Assembly: GCA_035272765.1 (NCBI GenBank)
Contig: DATEQG010000028.1
Location: 14,068-78,067 of the forward strand
DNA: 64,000 nucleotides
Reading direction: 5' to 3'
Source: Candidatus Acidiferrum sp.
GTDB lineage: Bacteria; Acidobacteriota; Terriglobia; Acidiferrales; UBA7541
Shown: positions 8,403 through 20,411 of the stretch, piece after piece
Layout: every line of letters begins with the position of its first letter
How positions within the stretch are numbered: position 1 is the first letter of the stretch
The notes under the pieces: generated by a model
Database searches by the model: none
What the model was told of the DNA's origin: nothing
Seen by the model: the letters and a program-made list of their open reading frames with translations, nothing else
Position numbers and translations under genes: made by a program

Positions 8403-9676
8403 ACGTCGTTCATATCAGCACGTTTGATCGCCGCGGTGGCGCCGCACGTGCTGCTTATCGTTTGCATGATGGTTTGCAGCGGGTCGGACAGAAATCCTGC
8501 ATGTTTGTCCTCGAAAAAATCTCCTATGAATCTTCAGTTGTGAGGTATGAGCCTCCCGGAGACATGCTAAGTCGCCTTGGCCGCGCAGTACGTAAGCGAA
8601 CCGTCATCCGCGCGGCGAGCCGCTATCAGGCTAGCTCGCCCGCAGGGCTCACCTTTTTCACCGATGACAGGACGATTTACGGCAGGGACCTCTGGCAGCA
8701 AATTCCTGGGAATGACTTGATCCAGCTTCATTGGATTTCTGGCTTTGTGGATTACCGGTCGTTTTTCGCGGCGCTCCCTTTAGGGAAACCTGTTGTGTGG
8801 ACGCTGCACGGAATGGATTCTCTAACGGGGGGCTGCTTCTACGATAAGGGCTGCGGGAGATTCACCGGGAAGTGCGGGGCCTGCCCGCAACTTGGGTCAG
8901 CAAACGAATCGGATTTGACACGTCAGGTGTGGGAACGAAAATGGGAATGCTACTCACGACTAGGACCCGCCCAGATGCACATTGTTACCCCCAGTCGGTG
9001 GCTGAAGGAAGAAGTGAAGCGAAGCGCTCTCTTGTCTTCTTTCCCTTGCACGGTCATCCCTAATGGACTGGATACAGATGTGTTTTTTCCGAGGAGTCGT
9101 TCGGTCAGCCGAGAGATCCTTTGTGTGCCACCCGACGCGAAAGTCGTTCTCTTCATCGCTGACGGCCTGAATGATCCACGAAAAGGGTTTCACATTCTTG
9201 CGGAGGCTCTGGCGGAAACTAAATTGAGAGATAACCTGTTTCTCATCTCTCTTGGCCCAGGTTACCCGCCCAGCTTGCAGGGAATTCCGCATGTTCACGT
9301 TGAATCGCTTAACAACGATAGATTCTTATCGTATGTCTATAGCGCAGCCGATGTGTTCGTCGTGCCGTCGCTCCAGGACAACCTCCCCAACACGGCTATG
9401 GAATCTATTGCGTGTGGCACTCCTGTCGTTGGATTTGCCGTGGGGGGCATACCCGATTTGGTAAGGCCAGGGCTCACTGGTTCGCTGGCTAAACCTGGCG
9501 ATGCCCTCGATCTACGAAAGGCAATTGCCGAGATTTTGAGTGACGACGAAAGGCTTAAGAAGATGGCAGCGAATTGCCGGAAAATCGCCGTGGAGGAATA
9601 TACCATCGAAATTCAAGCAAGGCGCTATTTGGAGGTCTACGGCGAGGCTCTTCAGGGGTGCACGGTTTCCAGATGA
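8399..9676 (+). CDS. GT4 glycosyltransferase
   Basis: GGAARAAYRLH, WTLHG, IPNGLDT, YSAADVFVVPSLQDNLPNTAMESIACGTPVV. Confidence 0.92.
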   Translation: MNVVHISTFDRRGGAARAAYRLHDGLQRVGQKSCMFVLEKISYESSVVRYEPPGDMLSRLGRAVRKRTVIRAASRYQASSPAGLTFFTDDRTIYGRDLWQQIPGNDLIQLHWISGFVDYRSFFAALPLGKPVVWTLHGMDSLTGGCFYDKGCGRFTGKCGACPQLGSANESDLTRQVWERKWECYSRLGPAQMHIVTPSRWLKEEVKRSALLSSFPCTVIPNGLDTDVFFPRSRSVSREILCVPPDAKVVLFIADGLNDPRKGFHILAEALAETKLRDNLFLISLGPGYPPSLQGIPHVHVESLNNDRFLSYVYSAADVFVVPSLQDNLPNTAMESIACGTPVVGFAVGGIPDLVRPGLTGSLAKPGDALDLRKAIAEILSDDERLKKMAANCRKIAVEEYTIEIQARRYLEVYGEALQGCTVSR

Positions 9677-10536
9677 CGAATCCTCCGCTCTTCGCGAGAC
9701 TAGCACGATTTGCTAAAAAGCCTTGGAGGGACAAATACCGATCCTTCGGATTTCGTTGGATTCGCACTCTTCCCGGAATCCCGCTCCCCTTGCGGCTGCC
9801 ATTTGGTGCGTGGTGGCTAGCGGAGAATGATTTTGCGGGTGCTGCGCTTCTGGAAGGACGCTTTGAGGATCCTGAGCGGGCTTTCGTTGCTCGGTTCCTC
9901 AAACCGGGGATGACAGTCCTCGATATTGGTGCGCATAAGGGTCTCTATAGCCTAATCTCGGCACTTAAAATTGGATCGTCGGGCCATGTGCATGCGTTCG
10001 AGCCTTCTCCGCGCGAAAGAAAGAGGCTCAATCAACACATCCGTCTCAATAGGTGTCGAAACGTGAGCGTGTATGATTTTGCTTTGGGAGAATCCGAGGG
10101 CAGCGCGGATTTATTTGTCGTCCAGGGGACGGAAACGGGGTGTAACAGCTTGCGTCCACCTGATGTTGTACAACCCGTCCGTTCTATCCGCGTGCCAGTG
10201 AAAGTCCTAGATGATGTTCTTCGGGAACGACAAATTTCGGCCGTCGATTTCATAAAACTAGACGTGGAGGGGGCTGAGCTCAGCGTGCTGAAAGGTGCGA
10301 AGCGGTTGTTGGGAGGTCACCACAGACCCGTGATCCTTTGTGAGGTACAGGACCAACGCACCGCGCCTTGGGGGTATGCGGCCATTGAAATCATTAAATA
10401 TGTTAGGTCGTTCGGATATTCGTGGTTTGAGCTGGACGAATTCGGAGCAATGCGCCTACTTCCCATGTCTGAGCTGCGCTACGACGGAAACTTCGTCGCG
10501 GTCCCGAAAGAACTTGGGGAACCGCTGAAAACGTGA
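9673..10536 (+). CDS. FkbM-family methyltransferase
   Basis: VLDIGAHKGLYS, HAFEPS, IKLDVEGAEL; ATG 9673 overlaps upstream stop. Confidence 0.9.
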   Translation: MTNPPLFARLARFAKKPWRDKYRSFGFRWIRTLPGIPLPLRLPFGAWWLAENDFAGAALLEGRFEDPERAFVARFLKPGMTVLDIGAHKGLYSLISALKIGSSGHVHAFEPSPRERKRLNQHIRLNRCRNVSVYDFALGESEGSADLFVVQGTETGCNSLRPPDVVQPVRSIRVPVKVLDDVLRERQISAVDFIKLDVEGAELSVLKGAKRLLGGHHRPVILCEVQDQRTAPWGYAAIEIIKYVRSFGYSWFELDEFGAMRLLPMSELRYDGNFVAVPKELGEPLKT

Positions 10537-11420
10537 GCACATCTCCACCAATTACGATTCTGGCGACACCCAAGCCGTTCAAGGGGCACATCGGGATTAT
10601 TCAGCGAAACGCGATCACGAGCTGGACGAAGCTGGAGCCGCGGCCGGAGATTATTCTTTTTGGTACGGAAGAAGGCGCGGCGGAATTCGCGCGCGAGCTG
10701 GGACTGGTTCATATTGCGGAGGTAGCCCGTAACCGGCATGGGACGCCGCTGCTAGGGGATATTTTCGCGAAAGCGGAACGGCATGCGAGCCACGACCTGC
10801 TCGCGTACGTCAACGCGGATATCCTTTTGCCGGCGGAGTTCACCGCGGGCGCGGAGAAAGTCCGGCGGACGTTTGCGAAATTTCTGGCGGTGGGGCGGCG
10901 CACGAATCTGGAAGTGCGCGAGCCGCTGGAGTTTGGCGAGGGTTGGGAAGAGAAGCTGAAGGAGCGCATGCGCCGCGAAGGCCAGCTCGAAAGCCACACG
11001 GGCATCGATTTTTTCGTGTTTCCCCGGGGAACTTACGAAGAAGTACCGCCGCTGGCGATTGGCCGCGTGTGGTTCGACCAGTGGTGCATCAAATACGCCC
11101 GCAAAAAACGCCTGCCCGTGGTGGACTTGACCAGGTTCGCCTCGATTGCCCACCAGTTGCACGACTACAACCACGTGGCCGGCGGAAGAGAGCTGGGAAC
11201 CTACGGCGGCGTCGAAGCCGAGGAAAACATGGGATATTACGGAGAGAGGCCGCACAGATATACGATTCTGAGTGCTACGCACGTCATGACGGAGGATGGG
11301 AGCATTCGACGAGCGTTTTGGCGGAGAGAGGCGGCGGCGGTGCGGGGGTTTCTCTGGGAAGTGTTTGTCCATAGGACGCTGGGCGTGAGGAAGAGGCTGG
11401 GATTGAGTGGAGGCACGTGA
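10533..11420 (+). CDS. Hypothetical GT-A-fold-like protein
   Basis: KPFKGHIGIIQRNAITSW, YVNADILL (DxD-like), GIDFFVF, IAHQLHDY; paralog at 13953. Confidence 0.7.
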   Translation: MSTSPPITILATPKPFKGHIGIIQRNAITSWTKLEPRPEIILFGTEEGAAEFARELGLVHIAEVARNRHGTPLLGDIFAKAERHASHDLLAYVNADILLPAEFTAGAEKVRRTFAKFLAVGRRTNLEVREPLEFGEGWEEKLKERMRREGQLESHTGIDFFVFPRGTYEEVPPLAIGRVWFDQWCIKYARKKRLPVVDLTRFASIAHQLHDYNHVAGGRELGTYGGVEAEENMGYYGERPHRYTILSATHVMTEDGSIRRAFWRREAAAVRGFLWEVFVHRTLGVRKRLGLSGGT

Positions 11421-11656
11421 GCTTGAAGGAGGAGGGGACGGCTGGTTTTGACGGATGTCTTCGGGCCACGAGTACTTTATAGATATATATGCATATGGAA
11501 ACAATGGAGATGTCTTAGACGGGCTGGCCTGGTTTGCGCTTAAGTGATTACCAATCTATGACTTAGTGCAGATTTCAGTCTTGTCGCCGCAGGTCCTGTC
11601 CGGTAAGCTGCCCTTGGGATTTTCGTACTGCGCTCTTGCGGGAGGAGGACGGAATC

Positions 11657-11830
11657 GTGTTCTGGTGGGGCATGCTGGGAATCGCGGTAGCGGCCGTCGT
11701 GGCCCTTTTCGGGCTGTTCCACTGGATATTGACGGATCCTGACGCCGATCGCGACATTGCTAAGGAGCATTTCCGGGTCCAGCAAGAGTATCGAGCGCTA
11801 AGGCGAGCTGGCAAAGTACCGTCGCGATAG
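11657..11830 (+). CDS. Small single-pass membrane protein (57 aa)
   Basis: GGAGGAGG RBS at 11641 before GTG; hydrophobic N-terminal helix FWWGMLGIAVAAVVALFGLFHWIL and a charged tail. Confidence 0.55.
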   Translation: MFWWGMLGIAVAAVVALFGLFHWILTDPDADRDIAKEHFRVQQEYRALRRAGKVPSR

Positions 11831-11931
11831 CCCCTTTCTGGTCCTCCCTGAAATTCCTGTGTTTGCCCTCGCGGCTCCTTTCCTCCAAATAAATGATCGA
11901 AGAGGTATAGTGTACTGACAAATAAATCCTC

Positions 11932-11960
11932 TTGCATTTCCGTCCGCACATAATTACTAT
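11932..11960 (+). promoter_or_regulatory. Putative internal sigma70 promoter
   Basis: TTGCAT, 17 nt, TACTAT in AT-rich intergenic DNA upstream of 12134. Confidence 0.5.
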
Positions 11961-12133
11961 TCATCTACTTTCTAGGCACGCTATTCTGTACTCTGAGTTT
12001 CCTTACACTTCATAGCGGCAGGAAGGGCTTTCCTGGCTGTGCACGCCTTGGGCGCGCCGGATCCGCGAAGGCGCACGAAGGTCCGGCCGCCCGACGCCCG
12101 CTCGGGAAAAGCGCCGGCCTGGAGTCCAGCCCC

Positions 12134-13807
12134 ATGTCCACCTTCCATGCATTGACGCCGGCCCTGCCCGGCGTGGAAGATTCCCGCCCCACCACGGAAT
12201 TCACACTGAAGCTGACGCCGTTCGATCAGCGCCATTACCGCAAACTGACCGCGGCCCGCGCGGAGACGATCCGGCGCGTGGTGAGCCAGCTGAAGCCCGT
12301 GTTGCGATTGGACACCGCCCTGGATGCCGGGTGCGGCGTGGGATTTTTTTCGCAGACGCTCGAGAAGTGCGGCCTGCATGTTTGCGGGTTTGACGGGCGC
12401 GAGGAAAACATCATCGAAGCGCGCAAACGTTTTCCGCATCTGCCGTTCGAGACGGCGGACATTCAGGACCGCAATATTCTGGAACTCGGGCGCTTCGACT
12501 TGGTGCTGTGCTGCGGATTGCTCTATCACCTGGAAAGTCCGCTGCTGGCCATGCGCAACCTCCGCGCATTGACGGAGAAATGTTTGCTGCTGGAGAGCAT
12601 GTGCATTCCGGATGAGAAGCCGTCGCTGCTGCTGCGGGAGGAGCCGCGCTCCAACGAACAGAGCTTGACGGACATGGCGTGCTACCCGAGCGAAGGCGGC
12701 CTCGTGAAGATGCTTTATCGCGCTGGATTCGCGGTGGTCTACCGCGTGACTCCGCTGCCGGAGCACGACGACTTTCGGGACACGCCAGAACACACGCGGA
12801 AAAGGACGGTGTTGCTGGCGTCCAGCGCGCCGATCGATATCGCGGGATTTCGTTTGTATCCGGAGCCGCGCGATCCCGAGGATCCCTGGAGCAAAGTGTT
12901 CGCCGCGCGGCCGACGGTGGCGCGGCGCATCAAGCGTTTCCTGGCCAGCCCCGCGAAAAGGCAGTACATCGCTCTGGCGCTGCGGGCGCGGCGCATGTTT
13001 CCCGAGATGGCCATTCCGCTGCGGCTGCCGTTTGGAGCGTGGTGGCTGGCGGAAAAGGGCGCGCTCGATCACGAGCTGATGTACGACGGCTTCGAAGAGG
13101 CGGAAGTGCGATTTGTGCAGCGGCTGCTGCGGCCGGGGATGACCGTGTTGGACATCGGGGCGCACCACGGGCTGTACACCTTGCTGACGGCAAAGCGCGT
13201 CGGGCGCCACGGCAGGGTGATTGCGTTTGAGCCCTCCCTGCGGGAGTGCCGCAGGCTGGCGCAGCATGTGCGCGTGAATCGCTGCAAGAACGTGGAAGTG
13301 GAAGCCTGCGCCGTGGGAGACATGTCGGGTGAGGCGGAGTTATTTATGGTGGACGGCTTCCGTGATTGGGGAAATAGCCTGCGGCCGCCGGACGTGCCGG
13401 AGCCCACGCGCGTGGTCCGCGCGCCTGTACGAAAGCTGGACGATGTGCTCGCCGAGCGCGGCATCGACCATGTGGACTTCATCAAGCTGGACACGGAGGG
13501 CGGGGAGTTGGCGGTGCTGGAGGGCGCCCGAAGGCTGCTGCAAACCGCGCCTCGGCCCGCGATTCTCGCCGAAGTCGAAGACATTCGAACGCGGCCATGG
13601 GGATACCCGGCGCGCGAAATTATGCAGCTACTCGCGCGCTGGAACTACCGGTGGTTTGCGCTGAGCGAAATGGGGACGCTCTATCCCGCGTCGCCGGATG
13701 ATGAATCGTACGACTCGAATTATGTGGCGCTTCCCGATGAGCGCGCCGAAGAGTTTCAGCGGCTGTTGGACGCGCCGCAAGATCACGGATTTCGGCACGG
13801 TCTTTGA
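12134..13807 (+). CDS. Two-domain methyltransferase (class I + FkbM)
   Basis: ALDAGCGVG and CGLLYHLESP in the N-half; VLDIGAHHGLYT, AFEPS, IKLDTEGGEL in the C-half. Confidence 0.9.
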   Translation: MSTFHALTPALPGVEDSRPTTEFTLKLTPFDQRHYRKLTAARAETIRRVVSQLKPVLRLDTALDAGCGVGFFSQTLEKCGLHVCGFDGREENIIEARKRFPHLPFETADIQDRNILELGRFDLVLCCGLLYHLESPLLAMRNLRALTEKCLLLESMCIPDEKPSLLLREEPRSNEQSLTDMACYPSEGGLVKMLYRAGFAVVYRVTPLPEHDDFRDTPEHTRKRTVLLASSAPIDIAGFRLYPEPRDPEDPWSKVFAARPTVARRIKRFLASPAKRQYIALALRARRMFPEMAIPLRLPFGAWWLAEKGALDHELMYDGFEEAEVRFVQRLLRPGMTVLDIGAHHGLYTLLTAKRVGRHGRVIAFEPSLRECRRLAQHVRVNRCKNVEVEACAVGDMSGEAELFMVDGFRDWGNSLRPPDVPEPTRVVRAPVRKLDDVLAERGIDHVDFIKLDTEGGELAVLEGARRLLQTAPRPAILAEVEDIRTRPWGYPAREIMQLLARWNYRWFALSEMGTLYPASPDDESYDSNYVALPDERAEEFQRLLDAPQDHGFRHGL

Positions 13808-13952
13808 AAACTCAATGGCGTTCCAGCCTTCCGCAACCGGCATTGTTGCGCGCTCCCAAAGAGAGCGAGGGCAGCGATTTTCCAATGGGCGGCGGCGCTC
13901 GCATTTATCGTAATCCGATGGCGCGCGGCTGCCGAAGGGCGATTCGAATCGG

Positions 13953-14894
13953 GTGAAAATGCTTACATTTTTCACAACCGCCAAGGCGTTTGTGGGACAC
14001 AGCAACGTCATCCAGCGAAATGCGTTGAAGAGCTGGACGCTTGTGCATCCGGATGCCGAAGTCATCCTCTTTGGCGACGACGAAGGAGCAGCCGGAGCGG
14101 CGAGAGAGCTCGGGATTCGCCACGAACGTCACACAGAGAAAAACGAGGCCGGTTCGAACCGGATAGATTATATGTTTGCGCGCGCGCAAGCCATCGCGCG
14201 GCATGACGTTCTTTGCTACTCGAATTGCGACATTATTTTCCTGGAAGATTTCTGCCCGGCCATCGAGCGGGTTCTGGCCGTGCGCAAGGCGTTTTTGATG
14301 GTCGGCTGCCGATGGGACACGGAAATTGCCGCACCTTGCGATTTCGAAAAACCAGATTGGCAAAAACAGATCCGTGAGCTCGCCCTGAAAACCAACAAGC
14401 GGCGCACACCTGATTGGATCGATTATTTCGTGTTTTCGCGAGGATTCTTTTCGGATTTACCGCCGCTCGTGGTTGGCCGCGTTTTTTGGGACAACTGGAT
14501 GGTTTGGAAAGCGCTGGAAATAAAAAAGCCAGTGATCGATGCTTCGCCGGTTGTTACTGCGGTCCACCAGAATCACGATTATCATCACCATCCTCAAGGC
14601 AAGGCTGGCGTGTGGCATGGAGAAGAAGCAGCAGCGAATTACAAATTGGCTGGCGGCTGGAATCATCTCCGCACCATCGGCGATTCGAAGGAAGTGCTGC
14701 GCGCCGATGGACTCAGACCCAACACGGCGCGCCACTGGGCCGCGTTCAGACGTTATCTGAGGCAGGCGGGCCGCGTCGCTCTTTACGACGTTGCGCAGCC
14801 AATCTGGTTTTTTCTCCTCGACATTACGAGACCTCTCCGCAACGCGTTGGGGCTACGCACCGCCGCCCTGCCCCAGTCCCGCGGGAAAGTATAG
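13953..14894 (+). CDS. Hypothetical GT-A-fold-like protein (paralog of 10533)
   Basis: KAFVGHSNVIQRNALKSW, YSNCDIIF, WIDYFVF, AVHQNHDY. Confidence 0.7.
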   Translation: MKMLTFFTTAKAFVGHSNVIQRNALKSWTLVHPDAEVILFGDDEGAAGAARELGIRHERHTEKNEAGSNRIDYMFARAQAIARHDVLCYSNCDIIFLEDFCPAIERVLAVRKAFLMVGCRWDTEIAAPCDFEKPDWQKQIRELALKTNKRRTPDWIDYFVFSRGFFSDLPPLVVGRVFWDNWMVWKALEIKKPVIDASPVVTAVHQNHDYHHHPQGKAGVWHGEEAAANYKLAGGWNHLRTIGDSKEVLRADGLRPNTARHWAAFRRYLRQAGRVALYDVAQPIWFFLLDITRPLRNALGLRTAALPQSRGKV

Positions 14895-14914
14895 CGGCCA
14901 AAAGGAATGCGAGT

Positions 14915-15976
14915 ATGAGCGCTCCTTTGGTAACCATCCTGATCGATACCTACAATTACGGGCGATTTATCGAAGAAGCAGTGGAAAGCGCGCTGGCACA
15001 GGAGTTTCCGCGCGAGCAGCGGGAAATCCTGGTTGTCGATGACGGCTCGACGGACGATACTGGTGAGCGCTTAAAAAAATACGGCGATGCGATCCGTTAC
15101 CTTCGAAAGCCGAACGGCGGGCAAGCCTCGGCGTTCAACCTCGGATTTGCGGAAGCGCGCGGCGAGATTATTGCCCTGCTGGATGCTGACGATTTGTGGC
15201 TGCCGCAAAAACTTCGGCGCGTGTACGAAACCTTGGAGAAAAATCCCGATGCGGGCATGGTCTACCACCGGACGTATTTGTGGAAAGGCGGAGAACAAGC
15301 GGCCTATGACAATTATTTTGTGGAAGTCTCCGGCCACGTACCGCAGAGCCGTGTTTCTCTATTGCGCTACCCTATGGTGGGCACTTCCTGCCTGGCGTTC
15401 CGGCGGAGCGCGCTGAGCAAGTTGCTGCCGGTGCCCGAGGCTCTGCGCTCGCAGGCGGACGCCTACCTAACGAGCCTTATTATCTTCATTGCGCCGGTCG
15501 CTGCCCTTCCGGAGTTTCATGCAAACTATCGCATTCATGGAGCGAATCTATTTCAGGCAAGTGAGGGAGGAGCCGCACGCGATGCCATCGAACACCGCAT
15601 GGCCATGCGCGGCGCGTTGTTGAGAGAAATCCACAAATGGTTCGAACGCAACGGGTACGATCCTGGTTCGAAGGATTTGCAAGCCTACATGAAACAGTGG
15701 ACGAAGGCGCAGGAAATGGATGGCTTCAAACTTCATAAGCCGAGCCGATGGAAGTATTTCCGTCATCTACTAGAATTCCCGCGCATCTATGGGGAAATCA
15801 TGACTGCGAGGCATCGCATTTTTGGCTATGTTCAGGCTTCCGGCGCTTTGGTTCTGGGCTATGATCATGCGCATCTCGTGGATGACTTTCGCAAGGGATA
15901 TAAGAGAATGCTTGGAGAACGGTTTGGAGGAGCTCGGCGTTCGGGAGAAAGAAAGGAAGCCGCTGCAGAGGTTTAG
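14915..15976 (+). CDS. GT2 glycosyltransferase
   Basis: LIDTYNYGRFI, VVDDGSTD, NGGQASAFN, LLDADD; start at ATG 14915 rather than 14414. Confidence 0.92.
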   Translation: MSAPLVTILIDTYNYGRFIEEAVESALAQEFPREQREILVVDDGSTDDTGERLKKYGDAIRYLRKPNGGQASAFNLGFAEARGEIIALLDADDLWLPQKLRRVYETLEKNPDAGMVYHRTYLWKGGEQAAYDNYFVEVSGHVPQSRVSLLRYPMVGTSCLAFRRSALSKLLPVPEALRSQADAYLTSLIIFIAPVAALPEFHANYRIHGANLFQASEGGAARDAIEHRMAMRGALLREIHKWFERNGYDPGSKDLQAYMKQWTKAQEMDGFKLHKPSRWKYFRHLLEFPRIYGEIMTARHRIFGYVQASGALVLGYDHAHLVDDFRKGYKRMLGERFGGARRSGERKEAAAEV

Positions 15977-15979
15977 ACG

Positions 15980-17014
15980 ATGACGGCACTTTCATCAAAC
16001 ATTCCAAGCGGGGAAGCGGCGTCGGCCGGATTGAGCAGCCGCGCATCTCTCGGAGTGGCTTCTCCCGCCTGCCCCGGCTGTGCGAGAAATACTTCGGACG
16101 CTGCCTTCGAACGCTACGGGAACTACGAGCTTTTTCGTTGCGCCGCCTGCGAGCTGCATTTTTGGGAGCCGCGCGTGATGCCGGACGCGCGCTGGTATGA
16201 ACAGATGTACGGTGGCCGGGACGAAAAACTCTTGCCGCTCGAACCTGGCCATAAATACTTTCTTGGCGACTCGCTCGCACCAGGCCGAGGCGATCTCTTG
16301 GATATCGGGTGCGGCACGGGGAATTTTCTGGCCGCAGCACGCGCGGCAGGCTATGCGGTTAGCGGCATAGAACTCGATCGAAACGCCGCGCGCTTTGCCA
16401 AAGAGCAGCTGGGCTTGCCTCGAGTGCGTGGGCTGACGATCGCGGAATTTGCGGAAAAGTATCCAGGCGAGCAATTCGACGTCGTAACTTTTTTTGAAGT
16501 ATTGGAGCATCAAGCCGCACCCGTGGAGTTTTTGGAGAAAGTGAAATCCCGCGTACGGCCCCGCGGGTACATCGCGCTGAGCGTGCCCAATCGCGAACGC
16601 TGGCTTACGGGGCCGGACGTTCTGGATTATCCTCCCAACCATTTTTTGCGATGGAATGCCGGATCGCTGCGCAGCTTATTGGGTGCGCAGGGATTTGAAA
16701 TTCTGTCCGTAAAGGAGCAGCCAGCAGGTATAGAGCACACGGCCCAAATGATCAACATGAGTTTGCGCACAGGGTTGACGGGTAAGGCCATGGGAACTGC
16801 TGCGACCAGTTTCCGGGATGTCATGCAGATGGCGCCGCAAGAAGCTGCTGCCGCGCTGCACGCTAGGCCGACGGCGCGCCAGCGTGCGGTACAATTCCTG
16901 GGACGCTTGAAATCTGCGGCGTGCTTGCCTCTGGCGGTTGCGGCCTATCCTTATGTTCGAGTGCGCGGCTACAAAGGCACTTATTTGTATTTTCTGGCAC
17001 GGCTCATACGATAA
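15980..17014 (+). CDS. Class I SAM methyltransferase with N-terminal Cys motifs
   Basis: CPGC...CAAC, LLDIGCGTG, FEVLEH, SVPN, PPNHF. Confidence 0.88.
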   Translation: MTALSSNIPSGEAASAGLSSRASLGVASPACPGCARNTSDAAFERYGNYELFRCAACELHFWEPRVMPDARWYEQMYGGRDEKLLPLEPGHKYFLGDSLAPGRGDLLDIGCGTGNFLAAARAAGYAVSGIELDRNAARFAKEQLGLPRVRGLTIAEFAEKYPGEQFDVVTFFEVLEHQAAPVEFLEKVKSRVRPRGYIALSVPNRERWLTGPDVLDYPPNHFLRWNAGSLRSLLGAQGFEILSVKEQPAGIEHTAQMINMSLRTGLTGKAMGTAATSFRDVMQMAPQEAAAALHARPTARQRAVQFLGRLKSAACLPLAVAAYPYVRVRGYKGTYLYFLARLIR

Positions 17015-17086
17015 TTAAGTGCTCCAAGAAGACGACGATAGAGGATGGGTCTTGGGCTGTGAAAAAAGAAGAGGCAAATATCGCAC

Positions 17087-19151
<2,065 letters not shown>

Positions 19152-19340
19152 GGCTTGGGAGAAATCTTCCGACGAATCTCGATTCTTACCGGATTGCCCA
19201 ACAGCATTTAGTCCGGATAACTCATGTCAAAGGAAAGGCCGAGGTGGCTAAGATGTCGTAGACTTAGCGGGGGGACATCCGCGCGCTGGCGCAAGCTTCT
19301 TTTGAAGAGTTCCGCGCGGCCAGCCGACGATTGCTAGCAG

Positions 19341-20411
19341 ATGGCAAAGCCTTTTGTCAGCGTGCTGATCGATACGTATAACCACGAACGCTTTATAGAG
19401 AAAGCGATCGCGAGCGTGCTGGAGCAGGATTATCCGGCAGCGGAGCGGGAAATCCTTGTCGTGGACGACGGATCAAGCGATCGCACGCCGGAAATCGTTC
19501 GAAAATTTGAACCGCATGTGCGAGTGCTGAGGAAAGTGAACGGGGGGCAGGCGTCGGCGTTCAATGCGGGGATTCCGGAATGCAAAGGGGAGGTGGTGGC
19601 GTTTTTGGACGGCGATGATTGGTGGGCGTGTAGTAAGTTAGGCCGAGTGGCAAAGGCAATGGCGGATGAACCCTCGGTGGGGATAGTGGGCCACGGGATA
19701 ATCGTCGTGGGACGCGACGGCGGCGAGCAGAGCGAGGTTCTGCGCGAGGGATTCCGATTCAAGGCTAATACGATCGAAGGCGCGAAGCTGTTTCGCCGTC
19801 GAGGAGCGTTTCTGGGGACGAGCCGGATGACCATCCGCACGGAACTGCTTCGGCGCATCGGAGCTGTTCCGGAATCGATCGAGATTCAAGCGGACGAATA
19901 TCTGTTTACGCTGGCTGCGGTGCTGACGGAAGCGCACATTCTGGCGGAAGCACTCACCTACTACCGGCTGCATGACGCGAACAGTTTTCAGATCACCGGC
20001 CGACCGGAGCCGCAGAAACTGCGTCGCAAGCAAAAAGCGCTGGCGACGCTTGCACAGAAGCTTTCGCAAAGGCTTGAGGAACTTGGCGTAGACGAGAAGG
20101 TGCGCGGAACCGTGGTGGAGTATACGCAAGCGAGCGCGGACCAACTTCGGTTGGTGCTGGACGGAGGGTGGCCGTGGGAAACAGTAAGAACAGAATGGAC
20201 GCTTTACCGGATATTGCACCCTGAGGTGCGGTTTTCCCACCGTTTATTCAAGATTATGATGCTGGCGGGCGCACTGGTTACGACGCCGAGAGGCTTTTAC
20301 AGAGTTCAGAGGGCGCTGACGCAAAATGGCCTTTACCGGCGAGCGCGCGAGCGGTGGCTTCCCGTCCCCGAGATGCAGCATATCCAAAAGGAGCCGCGCG
20401 CAGGATCATGA
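19341..20411 (+). CDS. GT2 glycosyltransferase (paralog of 14915)
   Basis: LIDTYNHERFI, VVDDGSSD, NGGQASAFN, FLDGDD. Confidence 0.92.
   Translation: MAKPFVSVLIDTYNHERFIEKAIASVLEQDYPAAEREILVVDDGSSDRTPEIVRKFEPHVRVLRKVNGGQASAFNAGIPECKGEVVAFLDGDDWWACSKLGRVAKAMADEPSVGIVGHGIIVVGRDGGEQSEVLREGFRFKANTIEGAKLFRRRGAFLGTSRMTIRTELLRRIGAVPESIEIQADEYLFTLAAVLTEAHILAEALTYYRLHDANSFQITGRPEPQKLRRKQKALATLAQKLSQRLEELGVDEKVRGTVVEYTQASADQLRLVLDGGWPWETVRTEWTLYRILHPEVRFSHRLFKIMMLAGALVTTPRGFYRVQRALTQNGLYRRARERWLPVPEMQHIQKEPRAGS

Noticed and set aside
14414-14914. N-terminal extensions given by the ORF track (also 40914-41189 and 44920-45297)
   Set aside because: They overlap upstream genes or intergenic DNA; family homology starts at the downstream start codons
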